In this document: piece after piece, positions 1 to 12,011 of the stretch
Layout: each line of letters starts with the position of its first letter
Numbering within the stretch: position 1 is the stretch's first letter
Source of the DNA: Octopus sinensis
Taxonomy: Eukaryota
Assembly: GCF_006345805.1 (NCBI RefSeq)
Contig: NC_043000.1
Coordinates: 160,332,001 to 160,396,000, forward strand
Reading direction: 5' to 3'
Length of the DNA stretch: 64,000 nt
Program-made: the position numbers and the translations under genes
Notes under the pieces: model-generated
Told to the model about the DNA's origin: nothing
Databases searched by the model: none
The model's input: the letters and a program-made list of their open reading frames with translations, nothing else

Positions 1-1065
1 TGCTATGATATAATTTAGATTATTCAGTTCAGACTTCTTTTTATCAAGAAATATCTACATCACTTCGTACGTTAGACATGACAGCCATTCATTCAAATCC
101 ATTAGATTGTGAAAATTCAGGCTTCTGAAAGATATGAAGGCAGAATATCTTCAGATAACAGCAATTAGTTAATGTTCTTTAAATCCTTTTAAGAGATATC
201 GTTACTTGGTGTAATATCTGAAAGTATTCGATACGAAATTTTCAGTTTAGCGATCCAATGAAAAATGGAATTCTTTGTCGTCGATGACACATGTTCTTGC
301 TAGGTGTTCAGTTCCCCCTTCCGAGGTATTATAGACAAATTGAAACAAGATTTTTTCGTCACATCCTTGAAAGAAATTTATCAAATATCTGTAGTAACTG
401 CTTTGGGGGAGTGTTTACAACGAGAGTCAAATAATTCTTTCGGTATTCTCTAATGAGGTAATAGGTCTCTGTAGATCCTAACCGTGTAAAGATAAGATCC
501 GCAAAGTGAGTGTGCAGAAGGATTTCGAAAAATACACAGTAACTGCTAGGATGAGGATTTATGAGGAGGAAAAGCTTTCGAAATTAATGTGAGAAGTTAG
601 CAGTCATGTTGTTGTTGCAAAGATAGCTGATCTCGATGTATGTTAAACAGTTTACTGTAAGTGCAATTCGGTCAGATATGTGATAAAATAGCGCGTTTTC
701 GCAGAAAATATAGAGTGGAATAAAGCCTCCCTCTTACTTTCAAGTTCTAGTTTTTATTTCAAAAGGGCTAGATAAGCGGTGGATTATCATCATCTTTCGA
801 GTGTCGGACAAACCCGAAACTACAAGTGCTGAGATAAAATTCCTTCAACTTTAAATTTCAATTTCATATTTTAGTGTTGATAAATAGAACACAAGTCAAA
901 TGCAAGGCGGTTGACATGTTCTTTCCTCTTTCTCCATCTCTCACTTTCATTTAATCCCTTTCAACCAGGTGTGTGAAAACTTCGATTGTGAAGTGGTGGT
1001 GTGTGTGGGTGGGGAAAAATTAGACATCCAGTTACACATACATAGATATATGTACATGTATATGA

Positions 1066-1174
1066 GACGAGCTACTTTCAGATTCCGTCTACCAAATCCA
1101 GGCATAAGGCTTTGGTCGGTCCGAGAACGAAACCCGGAACAATGTGGTTGGAAGCAAGCTTCTTACAAAAACAG
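1066..1174 (-). mobile_element. tRNA-derived SINE family A, internally deleted 5' fragment
   Basis: Matches the head (aacccggaacaatgtggttggaagcaagcttcttac) and body (ctaccaaatcc..aaggctttggtcgg) of the full copies at 37785-38187, 56809-57233 and 60700-61083. Confidence 0.75.
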
Positions 1175-1844
1175 ATACATATTCAGACACACACACACAC
1201 ACACACACACACACTGACACACACACTGACACACACACTGACACACACACAAGCACATACACACAAGCATATATTTATGTATGCGTGTACTCACACATAT
1301 AAATAATACTATACATATGTATATGTGTGTGTGTGGTTTAAAAGTCAGGCAGAGAAGGGAAAAATAGACGTAAACTAGGCGAAAACATACCGGGCAGGAA
1401 AGTGAGACAAAAAGCATGACACAAGGAACATTCGCAGCTGATTCTCTCACGAGTTGCTTTACGAGACGTCTTAGTCGTTTCACGCTATTTTAAACCAATT
1501 CCACTGTTATAAGCTACAGGAAAAAGCTGACAAATGTGTGTGAGAACAGGACAATAAGAATAATGCGTGTACAATAAGAAATAATGAGAAGATATAACAG
1601 ACCAGGAATAGTATATATACAATAGAAAATGCCTTACGGCTGTACAGTGAGTGTCAGGAAAGAATTATACAGTATAAAACAATAAGATACAAACAGAAAA
1701 AGCCTTAACGGTTATCAAGTCAGACGTAATGTGATACGGTAAAGAAATGGAAAAAGTCCTTGACAGACAGAACATAAAGCGTGTCTGGTTTGGTCAGCAG
1801 TAGGCCGAAAAATCAAGATGCTTTAATGGGACACTGATCATTGC

Positions 1845-3060
1845 CTTAACTTGGAATAATTATTATGCTGCTTAAAAGCCTATCTATAACACAATGTCTA
1901 TGCAACGGAACTCGCTTGGATGTACTTCAACTCCACGAGCATAGCATCGAAGCATCATTTATAAGGGGATCTTATTCTCACATGATAGTACTGATTCCAA
2001 GAATCAAACTTACTCCAAGCGATGCAAACATTACATTCGCTCTGCAACGAACCCAGTTCTTGTTTCGTCTGTCCTATTCTACGACAACAAAGCACAGAGG
2101 TAAACATTCGATAGAGTTGGTATACGCTTGCCGCAACCATTCTTCACTCATGGCCAGCTTTACGTAGCGTTTTCAAGTGCAAGGGCGATGAGCAGTGTCA
2201 GAGTTAAAGAGATACTTCAAATCGAATTAACTCATGGTCGCAGAAGGGGAATCACCTACGATAGAAATATTGCATATAGGGAAGTACTGTAACGTATTTA
2301 ACTTATACTTTCGCATAATAACTTGGTATATACTTATATTATTAATAAATATAACTTAAAAGGTAATAGGAATTTTCATTAACCAAAATGGTGCAAATTG
2401 AACAATTTTGATTAAATAATAGCTAGTTATTGGACGATATGTAAATAATCCGTTAATTTCTTCACAGTTCCAGCTAGTTAAAATAATTATATCAAGGGCT
2501 AGCGTATAAAAAGTGATCGCATCGGTAAAATTAATATTTAAGTATATAATTATAAAATAAACAATTGCAGCGTGGAAGGTGTTTATAAGCCATTTAAGAA
2601 ACACGCAAAAACCGGTAGATTCATTTCAATATTTAAATTTAATTTGCCAAATTATTTTCGTTGCTTTTAGTCCACTGACAAAATTCCGTGTGTTTCTAAA
2701 ATGGCTTAGAAACACCTTCCACGCTGCAATTGTTTTTGTTCCATCACACGATCTCAAATCAGGTCACTTGCTATGCAAGTACATTTCTGTAATTATAAAA
2801 TACAAATATGACTAAGGAATGCTAGCGCCTATATGCTAAAAGTAGATGTCAAATACCTACAATCCACTCTAAATTAGTTCTCTGTCCATAACCCTAGGTC
2901 TGATGCGAGTTAATGTGCAAGAAGATTTACAAAATTTCGGATAATCCTATATCCTAAGATTTCATGCCCTGCTGAAGAAATTCCTTTGCAATCCTCGGGA
3001 GAAATGCACCGAGAGATATATAAACAAGAAATATATATATATATATAAAAATCTATTCGT
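1845..3060 (+). mobile_element. Helitron remnant: C-terminal PIF1-like helicase of RepHel (about 1845-2292, frameshifted) plus non-coding 3' region
   Basis: ORF 1865-2167 gives MLLKSL..LCNGTRL..IVLIPRIKLTPSDANITFALQRTQF. A shifted frame continues NKAQR*TFDRVGIRLPQPFFTHGQLYVAFSSAR..RNIAYREVL* (stop at 2290-2292). These are the late SF1/PIF1 helicase motifs and the typical NIVYKEVL-like RepHel end. The 3' boundary is approximate. Confidence 0.85.
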
Positions 3061-3920
3061 TGACACCTATATATAATACATGCATTTCCCGCGTATACAT
3101 TATATCTACTAGACCATCGTCAGAAATCATACGGCGTAAATACAGTTACGCAGTATAATATAATGACTAGACAACTAAAAAACTATTTATACTTGTAAAT
3201 TAAGGATATAATCATTAAAATGATTATATCAGTGGCTAGCGTATAAAAAATGACCGTATCGGTAAAATTAATTTATATATAAGTATATACATATAGTTAC
3301 ACTCATACATATATAGGTTGTATGTATACGTGTACACATATATGGACATAGGTATATATGTTTGTGCGTGTGTGTGTAATTGTATGAGCGTCTCAACGTA
3401 TATTTCGATACATGCCAATACTACACACACACACACGCGCACACACATGTACGAAATTAGATCGACAGATTAGACGCAGAAAAGAATTAATATGAAAAAA
3501 AGATTTCAATAATAGTTACAGTACGCCACGCTGCTAGCTAATAATTGTCTGGAATGACTATCAGTTCGTCAGATGATAGATTGCAACAGTTGTCTTTCGA
3601 AAGATTGCTTAATTTTCCCTACTCTAGAAACGTTGTTTGTCGTTTGTAGAAGCAATAGATTGAGAATAAATGTGCTTCAATATTTAAAACAGCGTTGTAG
3701 ATGAAATACTATTTCGTAGATGAGTTTTGACATTTTACATCTATTGTTTATAACTTTCTTATTGCTACTATGCAAATATCAGGGGTGTTGAAAATATGGT
3801 TTGCGCATTTCTTACGGTAGGGATGTTCCGTTTTTCTTATGAAAGGATACCGCATGTATATATATGTATGTATATTTATATATACATATATATACATATA
3901 TATATGTATGTATAAATATA

Positions 3921-3952
<32 letters not shown>

Positions 3953-4020
3953 CATATATGTATGTATATTTATATATACATATATATACATATATATATG
4001 TATATATATGTATGTATAAA

Positions 4021-4107
<87 letters not shown>

Positions 4108-4139
4108 ATATACATGTATATATATTATATATATATGTC

Positions 4140-5220
4140 TGTGTGTCTTTAGTGAGAATTTACAAAAAAATCAAAAGACGAAGAGGGATGTGTAAGCAAC
4201 GAACAGATGTATTAGTTTAACGCTCGGGAAGTGAGAAAGACTTTTACGTTTCGAGGTTACGCTCTTCGATAGAAAGGAACACAGAAATAAACAGGGAGAA
4301 AATAGAAAAGGGTTTAATGGCTAGCGATCTATCAAGTCGAATGCCGTACAGAGGAGTCACACAGGAGAGCTAGGATAAATGGGAGATAATAAAGTAGTGG
4401 TGATCCCAAAATGAAGGCGCGTGTACATGTGTATGTAAGAGCGTGTATCTGTGTGAGGAGAGGGCTGGTGACCTTGACGTTTGCGTGTCTGCATGTATAG
4501 GTGTGTGGATGATGGTGTAGGTGCTGTGACGTGGTTAATGCTAGTGTGTGCGGGTTAGTGTGATGTGGTGTGGTGGTGTGGTGTTGGGTGTGGGGGAGTG
4601 GAGAGTTGGGGAAGCAAGAGTGAGGTCTAAGGGATGGAGTGCGGGTGAGATGAGATATATATATGGATGTTGGGGTTGGAATGTTTAGGAGTGGGTAATG
4701 AGGGAGGGGTGACGATGAAGGGAGAGGGTGGAAGAGAGAAGTGGGTAGGAATGAAGAGAGGAAGTAGGTGCCAGAGCCATATGAGAGGTGGGTAGTAGGA
4801 AGTAGGTGTGAGAGGAAGAGAAAGAGAGGAGGAGTGTTAAATGAAGAGGGGAGGGGATTTGAGCCTATGTGGAGCAAAGGTGCGAAGAGAGAAGATTAAT
4901 CCCTGCTCACGCCGGAGACGGGAGTCCGGATGGACCCTGTGCAAGGACAATCCGAACACAGATAGATGTTATAAAATGGCGCGACAAAGGGATGTCGTTG
5001 CCGAGTCTGATGTCTCGGAGTTTTCCCGCGAACCGGTCAGCCAAGCGGCTTCCCGTTTGACGATTGTCTAGAGAAGGACAGAGAGCAAGAAATGCAGTAG
5101 ATGAAGTGGAAGTGAAGGAGTCAGTGATATGATAAGGTCGATGATGGATGCTTGTGAGGTGGGTAGTGTTGGAGAGGTAAGCGCATGTGCGACATCGTGG
5201 GCGGGAGCAAGGGAACACAT
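4140..5220 (-). mobile_element. Penelope-like element family 1, 3' fragment (degenerate GIY-YIG endonuclease, purine-rich 3' region, pLTR)
   Basis: ORF 4907-5218 FPCSRPRCRTCAYL..FTSTSS..QTGSRLADRFAGKLRDI..PLSRHF is a Penelope-type GIY-YIG C-terminal domain. The terminal segment 4140-4335 recurs at 23338, 39822 and 56462. Confidence 0.85.
4241..4276 (-). ncRNA. Hammerhead-like motif in Penelope pLTR (degenerate copy)
   Basis: Minus strand reads CTTT CTATCGA A GAGC GTAA CCTC GAA ACGT A AAAG; the core and stem II are mutated relative to the other copies. Confidence 0.45.
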
Positions 5221-5651
5221 ACGGACAAATATATAAATATAATAAATTTAAAATAATAATAAAACCGTAGAATTACTGAAGAGACAAAAGAAACACTAAG
5301 ATGATACGTGTTGATTTTCTTACGTATTTCTGCTTATTTAGAAACCTACAGTGAACAGGTCAGACGCTAAACTTTCAATTTCAGAGGGTACAACTTTTAA
5401 AGTTGACGGCGCTCCTATAAACGCAGAAAATTTCTGTCTCGCTATTTGCAAAAAAGAATTAGAGTTTTTCGATTTTTAAACCTCTGTAACTGTTTTCTCC
5501 AATTTTTTTCCACAAAGTTATACTTTCAAAGCAATGAGACTGGAAGGCTACATTATTATAGCCGATTTTCAGATTTTTACTGTCTTTTAAAAACTGCATA
5601 TTTTGCAAAGGAAAAAAAAAACCTAGATCCTACTTTACTAGCAAAGAATAA

Positions 5652-5736
5652 GTAAGTGGTCGATTTGTTCAACTAAAAGTGGTGCTCTAGCATGACCGCA
5701 GTCAAATAACTGAAACTAGTAAAAGAATAAAAGAAT
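5652..5736 (+). mobile_element. SINE family A 3' fragment
   Basis: gtcgatttgttcaactaaaagtggtgctctagcatgaccgcagtcaaataactgaaactagtaaaagaataaaagaat matches the 3' end of the full copies. Confidence 0.75.
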
Positions 5737-5779
5737 TTATTCACAAACACACACACACACACACATATATATATGTATG

Positions 5780-5826
<47 letters not shown>

Positions 5827-6203
5827 TGTATGGATCTTCGTGGCATCACGATGGGGATTATTTTCTACTGAGCACACGAATTAATGACTGAATTAATGAG
5901 TCAGCATTCCGCATAAATTTGCATCCTTAATTTCATTCTCAGGCAGAATCAGCACGAAACATTATTAACTTTTTTAATTACAAGGCACTCGCTATCATTT
6001 CAAACTATTTCCATCGGCATAAGGCTATAGCATACAATATTTACTCAATATGCTATGTCGTGGGATGTGAAGCGAACTTGTTACATATATAGCCTGACTA
6101 TGGCTACACACAATTTCTCTTATTATTGCGTGTATGCGTCTGTATATATATAGCATATATACTATACATACACATATATGTAAATATGTATAATTACATG
6201 CAT

Positions 6204-6234
<31 letters not shown>

Positions 6235-6294
6235 CATATATATAAATATGCATATATATATATATGCATACACACACATTATATATATATATAT

Positions 6295-6327
<33 letters not shown>

Positions 6328-6379
6328 GATATATATATATAGATAGATAGATAATAGATAGATAGATAGATAGATAGAT

Positions 6380-6455
<76 letters not shown>

Positions 6456-6474
6456 CTGTTATGTATATATATAT

Positions 6475-6524
<50 letters not shown>

Positions 6525-7044
6525 TACATACACACACATACACACATCCATACATACATACATACATACAGGCATACATACATACACGCGTACGCACGTA
6601 GAAACACACAAACATGCAAATATACACAAGGGGATATTGTCTGGGATTGAAAGAGAAAGGGAGCGAAAGAAATTACCGAGGAAAGTATTTTCACTTCTTA
6701 TTTAGTATAGTACAAGGTTGTTAATATATACAGCTTTTCTGTTGTCTTTCAGCAAGAGATATAAATCTTCGTTGACTTTTCTGGTGAATTTAAAAACCGG
6801 TATAAGTATAAATATTATAGTTGCTCATTTGCTGGAATTTGCGTTGCGAAATGATAAAGTTTCAGTTAGAAATTGACTCTTTATCCTGTTTTATATAATT
6901 CTTAATCTTTCTAGTAAAGGAATTTCTTTTAACCTTTTACCATTCTATTTCGAGTTTACAGCTGCGAAGTGTGAAAGATAACTTGGTGATATCTGCATTA
7001 GTGTAGTCAATATAAAGATTATAACTACCTTGATGGTTGCTATA

Positions 7045-7428
7045 GTGTGACACTCCGTCGGTTACGACGATGAAGCTTCTAGCCGATCCGATCAACTGAA
7101 CAGCTTGCTCGTAAAATTACCGTGCAAGTGGCTGAGTACTCCACAGACAAGTGTCCCTCAACGTAGTTCTCTGGGAGAGTCAGCATGACACAGAGTGTGA
7201 CAAGGCTGGCCATTTGAATTACGGGTACAACAGAAACAGGAAGAAAGAGTGAGAGAAATTTGTGGTAAAAGAGTGCCCCAGTGTTAACCACCATCCCCCT
7301 GCTGGGGCCTAGTGGTGCTTTCGGTGTTTTCGCTCTGTAAACACTCACAACGCCCGGCCTGTGAATCGAAACTGTGATCCTACGACCGCGAGCCCACTGC
7401 CCTAACGACTGGGCTATTGCGCCTCCAC
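7045..7428 (-). mobile_element. tRNA-derived SINE (head type 1, tail type X)
   Basis: Minus strand starts gtggaggcgcaatagcccagtcgttagggc..tttcgattc (A/B-box-like) and ends gatcggatc..cgtcgtaaccgacggagtg, a tail shared with 8360-8675. Confidence 0.75.
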
Positions 7429-7438
7429 ATCGGTCGCT

Positions 7439-7477
<39 letters not shown>

Positions 7478-7555
7478 CTATCTATGCATCCAAATACACA
7501 CTCGCACACACACACGCATACACACGCGCACACCCACATACAAATGCATACATTT

Positions 7556-7756
7556 GTTTCTAACTTTGGCACAGGGTCAGCAATTTTGAATGGGTGTAGT
7601 CGATTGCAGAGATCCTAGTGCTCAAAAGGTACTTATTTTATCCACTTCGAAAGGATGAAACATTGAGTTGACCTCAATGGAATTTGAACGCAGGGCAACA
7701 AGACAAATAACATGCAACGAAACATTTTCTGCAGAGCGATACCTATTACGCTAGCG
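7556..7756 (-). mobile_element. Short tRNA-derived SINE family E (diverged)
   Basis: ggtacttattttatccacttcgaaaggatgaaa..gacctcaatggaatttgaac matches copies at 41480-41655, 49925-50090 and 50132-50340. Confidence 0.65.
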
Positions 7757-8359
7757 CATATATCACTTGCGCGCGCACACATCACTGGCCAAAAGCTTTC
7801 AAAAGTAACTCAAATTCAAAGAGGTTTGTGTCTGGCTTTTATGGAGCTATTTTGTTAAGTGTTATGCACCCAACTTTCAGCCGTTATGTCTGTTTTGTAA
7901 CAATCTATCTCTACCGATTAAATAATAATATAATCTCATGTATTGAGGGCTATTTGTCTTACTTGTTGCATCATGTATTATTATGTATCTTTGATATTTA
8001 AACTCTCTCTCAAAAGAAATGTTGCCTAATAGAAAACTGAACTTAAGCCATTCAAACCGCTTAGATTTTATCTAAAATGGTGCCTGAACTTATTCAGAAC
8101 GCACGTAATATACTACACTAAGAACGAAATTTGTTGTGTTTGTTGAAATACTTCATGGCGCATATCTCTATATCCAAGCCAAACTTTATTACAATAAAAA
8201 AATAATCTTACTATGCTTTCAAACGTGGCAGCTCTTTAGTTCAATATGTTAAGGAAGGGAGATATAATCCAAGGTGCAATTTGTTAAGACAGTAGAATGA
8301 TATGTGAGACACCTCCGCTCATATTTCTAGCTATTTGAAGTAGCGTATAGTGTTTTGTC

Positions 8360-8675
8360 GCGCTGGCTTAGTGGTTACGGTATTCTGCTTACGATCGTAT
8401 GACCGTGAGTGCGACTCCTGGGGGCGTCCTTGAGCAAGACACTTTATTTCATGTTGCTCCATTTCACTCAGATGGCAAAAATGAATTGTACCTCTAATTC
8501 AAAGGGTTTTAATTCTGTGTCACGCTGTGCCGCGCTGAACCCTCCTGAGAACAAAATTAAAGGTACGCATGTTTGTGGAGTGCCTATCCACTTGCCTAGT
8601 TAATTGCACAAGCAAGCTATTCCGTTGATCGGATCAACTGAAACGCTCGTCGTCGTAACCGACGGAGTGTCACCT
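8360..8675 (+). mobile_element. tRNA-derived SINE with CORE-like segment (head type 2, tail type X)
   Basis: Head gctggcttagtggttacgg..cttacgatcgt and the segment cttgagcaagacactttatttcatgttgctcc are shared with 15432-15765; the tail is shared with 7045-7428. Confidence 0.75.
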
Positions 8676-9636
8676 AAGTTCCACAACCCCTATTCGGTTA
8701 CACTTAGCATCTTTAACTCTTGAAACTTAAAATACTTCGATGAGGAACAATAACAGTTCCATAGGCTTTTAGAGGTGGGAAAAATTAGTCGATTTGTACT
8801 TTCTTGACTAAAGGGTCTATTACTATGCTTAGTAGGGACATTACAGATTACAAAAGTTCTTATTTAAGAAGATGTTAGTTGTGGGATTTAACTGAGTACA
8901 TGTACCCTATCGTTTAGAACCTTCTAAATTGTCATATTGCGTGGGGTTGTTCATTTGGTAAGGGATTTTAATTTCCAGTCAAATATATTACTTAATATGA
9001 CCAGTCTAATGTTGCATTTAGCTGAGTTTCTAGGGACACTCTTATTCGGTCAGGCGTCCTGTTCCGGCTTTGACAACAGCGTTCCTTCGGATATTAGAAG
9101 TTCAGATCTTCAAGCTTGCTATCACTGTTTCCACTTCATTAGTCAGGGTAAGTATACAATGATCATGATAAGAGTTGCTCCCACATCTGGTTAACTTCTG
9201 GAAAATGGTGATGTGGGCAAACACTGTTGCTTGTTTGACTTTATATCATTTCAGTTAAATACTACCTTTAATTAACGTGAATAAATCTGCGACCTGAACA
9301 GTGTAAACGGAAAAATTTCGATTTATTATAAGAAGACCATTTGTGGAAGGACGTTTTGTAATTGGTTTCTCTCTCTAGAATTTTGATAAAAGGATAATAA
9401 TTTTGAAAAATCAATGAACGTTCAAGTGTATATGACCCAATATTTTGTTGCTTTGTGGGAGAGTACGTTATAGATATATCCTGGGTAATTTTTGCGTCCC
9501 AGACAAAAAGTCTAAGACCATACATAACTGGAGCTGTTTCCAGTCATTAGTTACCCGCATCCTGCATCACCGAAACTCTATGTACGGGAAGTACTACATT
9601 TCTATTATATTGGGATGCAAATAAATTGGCTTGGCA

Positions 9637-9678
<42 letters not shown>

Positions 9679-9741
9679 TCATATATATTCTAGCAGAGAT
9701 ATCCGGCGTTCCTCGGGATTAATATGGCAGTATTTTTATTG

Positions 9742-9858
9742 TTTTACTTGTTTCTGTCATGTGACTGCGGCCAAACTGGAGCACTTAATTTAATCGAAGA
9801 AATCGGGCCCAAGATCTATTCTCTGTAAGCCGTGTACTTATACAATCGGTGTTTTGCC
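9742..9858 (-). mobile_element. SINE family A 3' fragment
   Basis: ttttacttgtttctgtcatgtgactgcggccaaactggagcac..tgtaagccgtgtacttat is the reverse complement of the family A tail. Confidence 0.7.
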
Positions 9859-10407
9859 AATATATATATATATATATATATATAGTTCAGCAAATTTAGA
9901 TTCAGATGTATATGGTACTTAAGTTAAATGCACCAGAATTTGGTATGGTATTATCCATATAAATCAAATGGGATGATTATAATCAAAATAAGCCACAAGG
10001 ATATCCAATGTATATGGTACCTTGGATATCCTTGTTGCTTACTTTGATTATATATATATAATACAAAAATGGGACAAGAACGCAAAACATCCAGACGATT
10101 AGGGATACAAAAAAGGGACAACAAAACATCCAGGCAGACGAGACAAAGAAAACAAGGACGGAAAAAAATGGTGAAATATTACACAAATACACCTGCAATA
10201 AACCGGACATAACAACAGGTGTCTTTCGACTAAGGACGAATTATATTAAGCTGGCGTGTGTGGAAGTAAAGCCTTACGGTAGGGACGAGGAATATAGATG
10301 TTACCCGGATGGTAGTCGAACCAACAAAGGTCAGGCTTGGCCCAACACGTATCTATATATATACATATACATAAATGCATATATATATATAAACATATTT
10401 ATATATA

Positions 10408-10792
10408 TACTCGCAGTATCGCCCGGCGTTGCTCAGGTTTGTAAGGGAAATAACTATATAAGCATTTTTAGAGTTGTAAAGTATAATAGCCATTTCAATA
10501 TGGCTAACCACAAAGGGGGGTGTTACTTTTACGTTCTGAGATTTAATAATAAATTTTTAGAGAGTTACTTCCCTTATATATGCCAAAAATGCATTAAAAA
10601 TGGGAAAAATTGATGGTAATTTTGTTTTAATCGTAGACTCATCATAAACGCGCGCTAATACCCAGAAGGGCTCCATATGAATCACGACTATAAGATACCC
10701 GCTTTTGGTTAAACTGCACCGCAAAATGTGGGAGTAGTTAGGAATCTAAATCGTAGGAGACAGACAGCACACGACATCACTTTTATATATAA

Positions 10793-10796
<4 letters not shown>
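10408..10796 (+). mobile_element. Helentron/DINE-1-like non-autonomous element
   Basis: Starts tactcgcagtatcgcccggcgttgctcagg (a similar 5' end occurs at about 9688-9720) and ends gagacagacagcacacgacatcacttttatatataaagat. This matches the typical HINE/DINE-1 terminal architecture; it lies between TA tracts. Confidence 0.6.
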
Positions 10797-10882
<86 letters not shown>

Positions 10883-10903
10883 TATACATAAAGACACACA
10901 TAT

Positions 10904-11552
10904 ATAAACTTAGATAAACTTAGATATGTTTCGATCAAAGATTGGTCCAGGCCATGTCTAACCTAATAGTACCACCTGATAGGATTATTTGAATCCTGTT
11001 TAAGTCAAGTTTTGTTTATGGTCCATTCAAGTAGTGAGTTTTTGTTGGGTGAGTTGTATCCAATTATGGGTGGCTTATCTGGTATTCCTTGAAGGAATCC
11101 ATCCAGACTCGGTTTAAAGTTGATGGGATCCTTTTCCTCTTTGATCTCTTTCGGGACAATGTTAAATAGGGCAGGGCCTGTTGAGGAGAAGAAATTATGT
11201 TGCAGTGTACATGTGTGCTGTGATCTTGAACTGGGCAAGGGACGTATGGCCCGTGGTCCCAGTCTTGGATGAACCTTGAAGCCAATGTTCAGGTCGTTTG
11301 GGCAAAGTTGGTGGTACATTCTCCACATCTTGTAAATGAGGAGAGTAGAGTTTCAAGGTTTTAAGGCGATCCCAATAATCGAGAGCAGCCATGCCTTCAA
11401 TTCTGAGGTGATTCAATCCCCGAGATGTTTTGTCTTGTATGGGGAGACCACAGTGGGCAGCAGTATTCGAGGTGTGGCCGTACAAAGGAGGAGAAAAGTG
11501 GTATGATGACACCTTGTTCTCTGGACCGAAAAATTCTTAAGATCCAGGAACA
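10904..11552 (-). mobile_element. CR1/L2-group LINE, 5'-truncated 3' fragment (post-RT region) with internal deletion
   Basis: Minus frames give SWILRIFRSRE..LFSSFVRPHLEYCCPLWSP, LDYWDRLKTLKLYS and GPALFNIVPKEIK..FKPSLDGFLQGIPDKP..NSLLEW*. The 3' end carries a 2x ATCTAAGTTT-type tandem tail. Confidence 0.85.
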
Positions 11553-11894
11553 TATATATGTATATATATGTATATATATACAAATACATGCAGATACACG
11601 TATATGTGGGTGCGCATTTGTGCCTATACAGACCAGTTGGAGTTGTGTGTATATATTGCCAATCAAGCCAATCTTCCATAGGCCCTCAGATTCTTCAGCA
11701 AGAAATAGCCAAGTCGGAACAGATAATTTCACGAGGCATTTCAAACCCTGCCAAGGTAATATCTGACCTAAAATTTTCAAATCGTCGCACTCGCGCCAAA
11801 TTTATCGCAGAATTTTCTCAGTGAACAGGTTGCGGTTTCAAAGCTACGAATATATTTTGACAAATTAAATTTAAATATTAAAGGGAATCTAAGG

Positions 11895-12000
<106 letters not shown>

Positions 12001-12011
12001 CATATTTATGA

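Noticed and set aside
1-870. Possible decayed coding or TE sequence at the window start
   Set aside because: The frames I translated have frequent stops and no recognisable motif.
3839-4220. Long ORFs such as MYIYIYIY.. (also 6025-6694, 19176-19530, 33936-34142, 39988-40277, 41910-42215)
   Set aside because: They are translations of (TA)n, (CA)n and (GATA)n microsatellites, which lack stops in several frames.
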